This document shows, in pieces, positions 53,757 through 64,000 of a DNA stretch of 64,000 nucleotides. The notes under the pieces were generated by a model. The model did not search any database. It saw nothing but the letters and a program-made list of their open reading frames with translations, and was not told where the DNA came from. The position numbers and the translations under genes are program-made. Position 1 is the first letter of the stretch. Each line of letters opens with the position of its first letter. This DNA is from Hydrolagus colliei (taxonomy: Eukaryota). The DNA lies in NCBI GenBank assembly GCA_035084275.1, contig CM068749.1:14694001-14758000 (forward strand), written 5' to 3'.

Positions 53757-54065
53757 ACATAGAATTATTCAAAATGATGCAGAATAGGGACAGGTCATTC
53801 GACCCAATTAATCTTCATGCTCCACCCCTCCAGGTACCCTCTTCTATACTACTCTATTCCCTTCATTCCTCCCCAATGCAAGCATTATAGTTTTCTGTTA
53901 AATGGGTTCACATTTTTTGCTTCAACCACAGCTTATAGCAGTGAGTTTCACATTCTTACCACCATTCTTATTCATGTGTAAAGAACTTCCTTCTAAACTT
54001 TGTTTTAGATCTGATGCTAGCTTTTTTGTATTGATACCCCCTTGTTTCAGATTCATCAACCAATG
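53757..54065 (-). mobile_element. CR1 LINE 3' end
   Basis: CATAGAAT terminus, AGGTCATTCGACCCA, and GCTTCAACCACAGCTTATAGCAGTGAGTTTCACATTCTTACCAC (reverse of VVRM-NSL...VVEA). Confidence 0.65.
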
Positions 54066-54989
54066 CAAGCAACCAATTAACATCCAAGTGGCGAAGAAGG
54101 TTTAAGGAACATGTAATTTACACCCGCTACAATATATACAATGCTTTACAATACTTTCTGAAACTAGCCCACAGTAAAACTGTAATAAATATATCCATAC
54201 CAGTCAAGTAATAACAATCTTTTTTCACTACAATAATTCCAAATGACCAGCAATTAAGCCAGCAATATCCCCAGTTAACATATTCTACCTTTGCAGATAC
54301 TGTACAGTACTAACAAAAATAATAATTATTTTCTGATAAATGAAGGAATTCAGAATTCTTCTTCACATGTAAGCTTCAAACTACATTGAATGGATTAAAA
54401 ATGTAGATCATTTTAGCTACAACAATCTGGCATCTGATCCTCAGTTAAACTTCAAAGTAAATCGGTAGTCTTGTGACCCCGTAAATCATATGGTTCATGA
54501 AATTAGACAGCACCAAGTTATATCTGTTGTGCCGTTAACCAGATATTCTAGACATTGGGGAACTCTAATTGTTTATCTTGTGAGCTATTCAATAAGGTAC
54601 ATTACTTTTCCAGCAGATGCATATAAAACATCAAGTCATGATCAATGGGCAATTGTCTTCCTACCAGTCCCTTAGGGAGTTAGCTTGACTCTACTTTGTT
54701 TCTCATCTTTTATCAAAATGTTGGCTGATACCTGAAACTCTCTCTTAAACATAGCCATTTGATTGCAGTTGATCATTACTTCCATTATTAAGACTATTGG
54801 AAGAAGAGCTATAGGAAATCTAATGCGTCTGTTGGCAGACCAATGTAGTTGTTTCATTCTTCCAATGACCATATTTCTAAACAGTGAGACAAGTGCTTCT
54901 TACCATTGCCTCCAGCTGCCACCTATAATAATATTAATAATCCCTGCAATTGATGATATAATACAGTATATGATATCCCACATTTGCTT

Positions 54990-55305
54990 TGCCTCCGCTC
55001 AAGTGCTTCCTATCTGACGTGCCTTCAGCCACCCTCTTTGCCCTCCACCCTCCCTGATCTCACCCCTTCCCAACACCTTCCCCTGCTCAGATCCAAATCC
55101 CTGACTGTCCAAGACCTTGTAACATCCTCCCGATATGAAAGGCACTTTACAAATGTAATACTGTATTGTATCTGATATCAGCCTGATAATAAACCCTCAA
55201 AAAAAATCGGTCATTTCAATCCTTGACTGTTTGTGGGACCCTGCTGTGCGCAATTAGCTGCCGCGTTTCGCCCACATATATACAATCAAATTCACTTTAC
55301 AGTAC
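54990..55305 (+). mobile_element. L2 3' end (54990-55170) followed by a Deu-SINE internal fragment (55182-55305)
   Basis: L2 tail ...CCTCCCGATATGAAAGGCACTTTACAAATGTAAT; SINE core CTGCTGTGCGCAATTAGCTGCCGCGTTTCGCCCAC. Confidence 0.75.
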
Positions 55306-55469
55306 TGAACCATGATCAGATTATTCAGTGCCTTCCTATCCTAGGGATGCAGTCGTGATGTGTGACATGCTGTTAATCTTTATGTAATCTGAATTTGTTT
55401 TAATAAAAGTATATTTCGCTGATTATTAATTGATATTTTGTTTAGTGTGATTGTCTTGAAGGACAAATA

Positions 55470-56385
<916 letters not shown>

Positions 56386-57221
56386 TAATTTCATTAACTA
56401 GTTAAACGCCTTCCAAATTCTCAGAAGACAAAATTAGTTGATTTCAACTGCACTTTAAATCACTTGAAAAATGACAACTTTTTTTCTGGCGTTTTATTAA
56501 ACAAGGTTTGCAATACCTTTTATTCTAAGTTCTACAATTCTAATTGAACAAGTGCTGCACCGCAGACTTTATTAATTAGAGGAAAATCCATCTGTCGTAT
56601 TTTGAATTTCATTTGAATAGAGCGATTTTGTATTTGTCTTTGTGTGAGTGCGATAACGTTTTCAATTTCACTCTGAAAATATTGGGTAAAGTAATTATTT
56701 TCAGGGACCTTGTGAACTTTTGATTTTAACTGCTGGTAACATGTTTGTTTAGACAAGTTTATATTATCATCTTGGTATATTTTGGCACCTGAATTAAAGT
56801 TATTTCTTGCTTTATCCTCCAATTAGATTTTCAGTACTGGTAACTATCCAGAATGCTGAATGTTGGAAGAAAATGCATACATATGTGTGCAGCTGATTTA
56901 ATATATATAATAGATATATTTAATAGAAAGAATTGTTAAGTTGCATTGTGAACAAGCTTAATTGAAAAAACATCAGCAGCAATGTCAACTCTACATATGT
57001 GGTCACATTGCTGGTTCTCTACAACATTATGAGCACCACAAACTGCAACTTTTGTTCATAGTGAGTTCATAGTGTAACACATAACCTTCTGACCCAAACT
57101 GTAACCCAGAAGTATAAGACCAACATACACCAAGAAGAATGAAAAACCATCCATGGGATGAAAGAACAATTAATATGGAGCATTGGATATGAGCAAAAAC
57201 TTGTGTATTTATTTAAGGGAG

Positions 57222-57280
57222 GTTTCTTTCTGCCAAATCGGAATTTCAGTTTCTTTCTGCCAAATGGGAATTTCAGTTTC
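57222..57280. repeat. 27-bp tandem duplication (2+ copies, one mismatch) about 100 nt upstream of exon 2
   Basis: GTTTCTTTCTGCCAAAT(C/G)GGAATTTCA at 57222-57248 and 57249-57275. Confidence 0.9.
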
Positions 57281-57379
57281 TGCTGATTGTTAGAAACAAA
57301 AGCAAATGTCATAATTATTCATCCAAGACTATGTTGAATTCTAAAGAACTTTACAATGCATCTTTTGGGGTTAATATAG

Positions 57380-57571
<192 letters not shown>

Positions 57572-57979
57572 TAGAGCTGAATCAAAGAGAGAGAATAAAA
57601 GAAGTGGACTTCAGAATTTCATAATAACTTACTTGTAATTAAGGTAATTCATGTTGATAAATTGACAACATGCAATCAAATGATTTTTTTAAAAATGCAT
57701 TGGCAACAGTTTCAGGCAGAACACAAATAATGTTGTTTCTAAAGCATTTGCTTAAGGACAAATTTACACGCTTGTATTCATTAAGTTTGTTTTAATGTCC
57801 ATTTTCTAAGTTGGACCACATAATTTTAACAATTGTAAATAAAGTGTTGATCAAATTGCATGCTATTGCTGTAAATCCATTTCCATTGATCACAGTAGAT
57901 CACAGTTCATATTTTATATGATTTATATGAAAAATCAATGGATGATACCAACCTAATTCTAATGACGATACTGAAATAA

Positions 57980-58261
<282 letters not shown>

Positions 58262-58436
58262 TAACCTTAGCCAAAAAAAAGTCTAAAATAAAGCATCAGG
58301 AATTGCAAAATATTAATTTTGAAAAAAATGTTTCATGATCTTGAAACTCTATCAAAAACCAAGTTTAGTTTTACATTGTCACATATCATGTTCCTTCTTA
58401 TATAGGGATTTGTTTAATATTTGCATTGTTTAATAT

Positions 58437-58473
58437 TTGCTATTGACCATCTATTTTAGATGGTCAATAGCAA
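58437..58473. repeat. Perfect 17-bp inverted repeat with a 3-nt loop
   Basis: TTGCTATTGACCATCTA-ttt-TAGATGGTCAATAGCAA. Confidence 0.95.
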
Positions 58474-58649
58474 TAACCAGGTCACCTTTACTTTTCACAG
58501 CAGTCTATATTTCTCTTATACTTAGATTTACAATTACTAATTGCAACAATTATCTTTGAGGACGATAGGTTAATTGGCTAATGGCAGGGGTATGATTAAT
58601 ATCTCACTGGGATAAAATATCATCTGGGTCTAGATTTAGTTGAGATCTT

Positions 58650-58780
58650 TATTTAGGAAGAACAGGTCTGTTAGGTTATGGGGAGAGGGCTGGGCAGTGC
58701 GATGGAGTTGCTCTTTTCAAAAAGCCGGCACAGACTAGATGGGCAGAATGGCCTCCTTTTGTGCCGTAAGATTCTATGTA
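58650..58780 (+). mobile_element. CR1 3' end in OLFM3 intron 3
   Basis: GGTTATGGGGAGAGGGC...AGCCGGCACAGACTAGATGGGCAGAATGGCCTCCTTTTGTGCCGTAAGATTCTATG. Confidence 0.8.
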
Positions 58781-59580
58781 GGATTTTAGAACATATAAAA
58801 TTTGGCACATCGTGAATTTAGTCTTAATTCCAAATTTGTTTTATGGCAGTGCTGGCTTCAAAATTAAGGATGTACTGTATTTGTTAAATTTGAGATATGC
58901 TGAACTACTATATTAATAGAGCAAGTCTAACTCCAGATGGAATTTCTATCTCAATGTTCATGCCTTGGTCATAGCTACCATATTTAGGATGTTGTGAGAT
59001 TAAAACACATGCAAAATAAAACATTCATTCAATGCTTAAACTTGATGCTTATTAAATTGAGATTCACAAATTACACATGACAGCAATTATGTAGTAAAAT
59101 CATTTAAAATTCAGACAGATGCTTATATAAAATGTTCAATATACTGTATATTGAAATAAATTCAAATACAATTGAGATTGAAAACGGTAATGAAAAATAT
59201 TTTTTGAAACTCAGGTATTACAGATTTAAATTTTGCTTTGCTTGCCACAATATATTTGCCTTGGAAAACAATGAGCGGGCTGGGAGATTGACAGACCTCA
59301 ACTAAACTATCCAGTACTGTACTGTATTTTGAAAGACAGTGCACATATGTATCCATCAATGCTTCAGAACTTTCAAATCAATGAACAATGTATTTTGCAA
59401 ACCAGTTATTTAAGTAAGGCACCACTACACCTGCTTTTTCATGAGACTACAAATGCTGCAATTTTAGAAGTACTTATTATACATGAATCAAGATCCTAAT
59501 ACTGTAATTTGTTTTTGAACTGTAAAATAGTTCATGCTCAAATGACAGCCCTTCCCCAGATGGTTTTCATCTTAATCTAA

Positions 59581-59967
<387 letters not shown>

Positions 59968-60126
59968 TAATTGTTCCTTTTAATGTGTGATATTGCAAGG
60001 TACAACCAATGATTTACACCCGCTCTTTAGTGACTTTTGTCAACTTTCCAGAATCTGAATTAAACTAAATTCATATTCTACAAAAGAAACTGTAGTAAGA
60101 TATTTCTATAATCATAACATTTTTGA

Positions 60127-60264
<138 letters not shown>

Positions 60265-60641
60265 TGATGTTTTATTCCAGAGTAATGTTGCTGCATGCAT
60301 ACTTGTTTTCAAAATACTGTACCAGTGATTTCACCTGAAGTTCTAGGTATATTTTCTTTTCAAAATATTCAAATAACTAATATATTAATAGAGCGGCAGG
60401 ATACACATAATTAATTCTTGCAACACTCGCATTACCTAACACTGACTATTATTAGAGACTACAAATATAGCAATCTGAAAAAAAAATCATTTTAAAGGAT
60501 TAGTTTACAAGGATATTTCTCACATTATTCATTGACACCTCTGTCATTCACAATACGGGTTTTGAACACATGATCAGCTTTACCAGTAGAGTAATTATTT
60601 ATCTATGTGAAGCTTTTGATATATTTACATTTAATCCATGA

Positions 60642-61352
<711 letters not shown>

Positions 61353-61785
61353 ACCCCAAGGTTTCTTGCTGTGGAGCAGTAACCACAAATCACATGCTAA
61401 TGGTTCAGATACAATGCTGTTTCTTATTCAGTGTGAACATTCCTGCTAAAGTTCTCAGAGAAGATGTTTTTAACATTATTCTTTAAATAATCTGAGTCGA
61501 TAGTGAAATTAACATGCCTATAATTGAATTATTTATACTCTAGGCTCGTGTTTAAATGTAACATGAAGTGATAAAGTCTTTCAACATCACCAAACTGCTG
61601 AGATGAAAACTGTCAATTTGCCTTATACTTGAATACCAGAAGCGTCTGGTAGCTTAGCTGCATGAATGTCTGTGATCTTTGGTTTTGTCCTTAAAAAGTT
61701 AAAAAGGCTTTCTTATATATAAATCAACTTTTGTATAACTTTACAAACACAGTAAGGTGTGTTTTGTGGTAATTAGTTCTGTGAT

Positions 61786-61791
61786 AATAAA
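61786..61791 (+). promoter_or_regulatory. Candidate polyadenylation signal (AATAAA) in the OLFM3 3' UTR
   Basis: First canonical AATAAA I found after the stop codon, about 430 nt downstream. Usage is not verifiable from sequence. Confidence 0.4.
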
Positions 61792-64000
61792 TTGCATTTA
61801 GATCTAGCATATTCTTTATTAGTTCTGGTGCTGCTATTTTTATTTGATTGAACTTAATGGAATCTGTACATTTCACAATGTCTAAATCTTTCAGTGTGTT
61901 TAAAGGCATTGTACAATAAGTTTTATCTTGCTTTTTTAAAAAAACAATGTAAATGACCATTACAATACCCATTGTGTAAATGAATTTCTTCTCTTGTTCT
62001 CTGAGACTTATTTCATTTTTTTAAACTAATTTGTATTTGTATTCATTGACATCTGTCCTAATGTCTATGAGTATGCAGAAAAAAAACAATATATCCAATA
62101 CTGTGTTTAGATTCAAAGTGCAAGTTCTTGTCAATGATCCTGCAACTTACAAGGAATTTGAGAAATACTGTACAGTATATGAATTACATAATTTACACTA
62201 CCATTTTCTTACTCAGGCACAAAATTCAATAATGCATGTGAGACTTCAATGAGCTTAGTATGGACCTCATTACAATATTGTATTATCAAATTGCTTCCAT
62301 TAGTGAAATGGCTTAAGGTTACAACGCATTTGTTTCTCAGATCACACTAGTATATTCTTGAGGCAATGTTCAGTAAATTAGTTAGTGCACTTGTGAAAAT
62401 AAGTATTTATCCATGTATTGTGAAGTGTAGTACATTTTAAACTCTGTAGGACATATTGAGTTCAAGGATTCCATTCCAATGTTTGTGTATTCTATTCCAA
62501 TGGGTGGAAGGCATGGGCTGAAAAGCCTTTTCTTGCCCCATACTCTTCCAATGAGTTTCAGATCCCAGAGTGCTGTCCACCTCAAGCTGCATTTTTAAAC
62601 TGCCTTTGTGGTTTCAAATCAACAAATTGTAGAATCTTATGTCATACAGCAACTTCAGTACTTCACATTATAATGTACTGTAAAGCAGCTTGTCTTTTTC
62701 AGTGAGACAGCTCTAGAGTAACAATAGGCTACTTGTATCACTGACCCGTCATATTATGTGATGTGATAAGCCTGATGGTAACACCTGACTTAACCACCTT
62801 CTTGTAAGATTTTGTGTGCAGTCAAACCAAACTTTTTTTCTGATCAGCCAGGTGTCTGACCCATGCAGCAGCAACTCATCTTCATGATTAAGAGTATCCA
62901 AATCAAACTGGGATTTCCATGCATCCACCTACACATAGAAATCCAAGAGATAGATTGTTGGAATGGAATGTACACTCTTAGAACTCATCCTGTGTATCTA
63001 ATTCCAGAAAGCATTAAGCTTTCGGTTGGCAATAGCCAAGTCACCTGCAAATTCTCAACGGATCATTGGATGGTTAATTGTGAATATAATGAATCATTCA
63101 TTAAGAAAGAGGCTGCTGATAAGTAATTTACAGCAAAGTAACTATCCATTAAACTTAAATTTCAATTTACAAATCTATCCCTTTGACAAAAAATGTACAT
63201 TTTGTCCATCAGCTCCAGAAAGTGTTGAAATATAAAAACATTAACATTTACATAAAATGTTTAAATGAATGTCACAAATCCCATTTGATTCATGTTATTT
63301 TTCCATTGAAATCTGAATACTATTTCAGAATTGTTGAATTTAAAAGCAGAATACCAGATAAAGTAATGTAATTTCAAGTTTGAAATAATGCAGCTATGAT
63401 ACTGAACCACAAGTTGTTTACTTCTGAACTCTATGATTGCATTAATACATTCAATTTATTCACTAGTGTCTATTAATATTTATTGTGTCTACTAGTTCTA
63501 TTTTATACAGTTATTTTAGTTTGTTGCTGTGCCGATTGTGTAGACACTATTAGTCTGTACTGCGATAGTTGATGGGTGATGGTACTGCATTCAAACAAAA
63601 AATACAAGAATATTAGTTCAAGTACTTTGATGAATAACATACAAATAATTATTGGGAAAGGGTTCAATCTACACAATAATTATTTTTTAACTATTTAAGA
63701 GTTCATGGAAAAAATACAGCACCAAATTATTTTGTTTCCTAATGTTAGATTCCCCCAACCCCATTCTCCGCTTCGCATTGCAAATCCAACTGCAGAGCTT
63801 CATACAAAAATGTGGTGCATGCAAAATTATCTGCCTTAAATTTCTGCATATATGTTGACGTTCAGAGCATTGCAAGAATTATTTGTCAAATATTTTTACA
63901 GTGCAAATATTTGTGCTCTTAAAATATCAAAGATTTAAAAATTACTCACCATATTTCTAACATGACATAATACCAATCACTTTTCCTTTACCAACAACAA

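Noticed and set aside
54672-54960. RRIRF motif suggesting a Harbinger transposase remnant
   Set aside because: Only a five-residue resemblance, with multiple stops and no supporting motifs.

Overview
AT-rich, CpG-poor vertebrate genomic DNA. The repeat content (Deu-domain SINEs, L2, CR1, a Penelope-derived palindrome) points to a cartilaginous fish, plausibly a chimaera such as Callorhinchus milii; this is an inference. One protein-coding gene is supported: olfactomedin-3 (OLFM3/noelin-3/optimedin) on the + strand. It has two alternative first coding exons (42485-42553 and 56227-56370) spliced to five shared exons (57380-57523, 58076-58231, 59677-59896, 60137-60243, 60675-61352), giving 457 aa or 482 aa. 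The first ~42 kb is intergenic and filled with transposon fossils: tRNA-derived Deu-SINEs, L2 and CR1 LINE fragments, a decayed Gypsy element, a Tigger/MER44-like MITE and a hAT fragment. I found no prokaryotic-type system or CRISPR array and cannot support a wholly new biological system. The best leads are a ~160-bp palindrome with back-to-back degenerate hammerhead-ribozyme-like cores, a C-terminal EDEL ER-retrieval-like motif on Olfm3, a candidate intronic poly(A) site that would give an OLFM1 'Y'-like short isoform, a SINE/L2 shared 3' hairpin with compensatory changes, and an apparent excess of TACAGTA/TACTGTA transposon-excision footprints. Repeat family names come from motif recognition by eye, not database searches.
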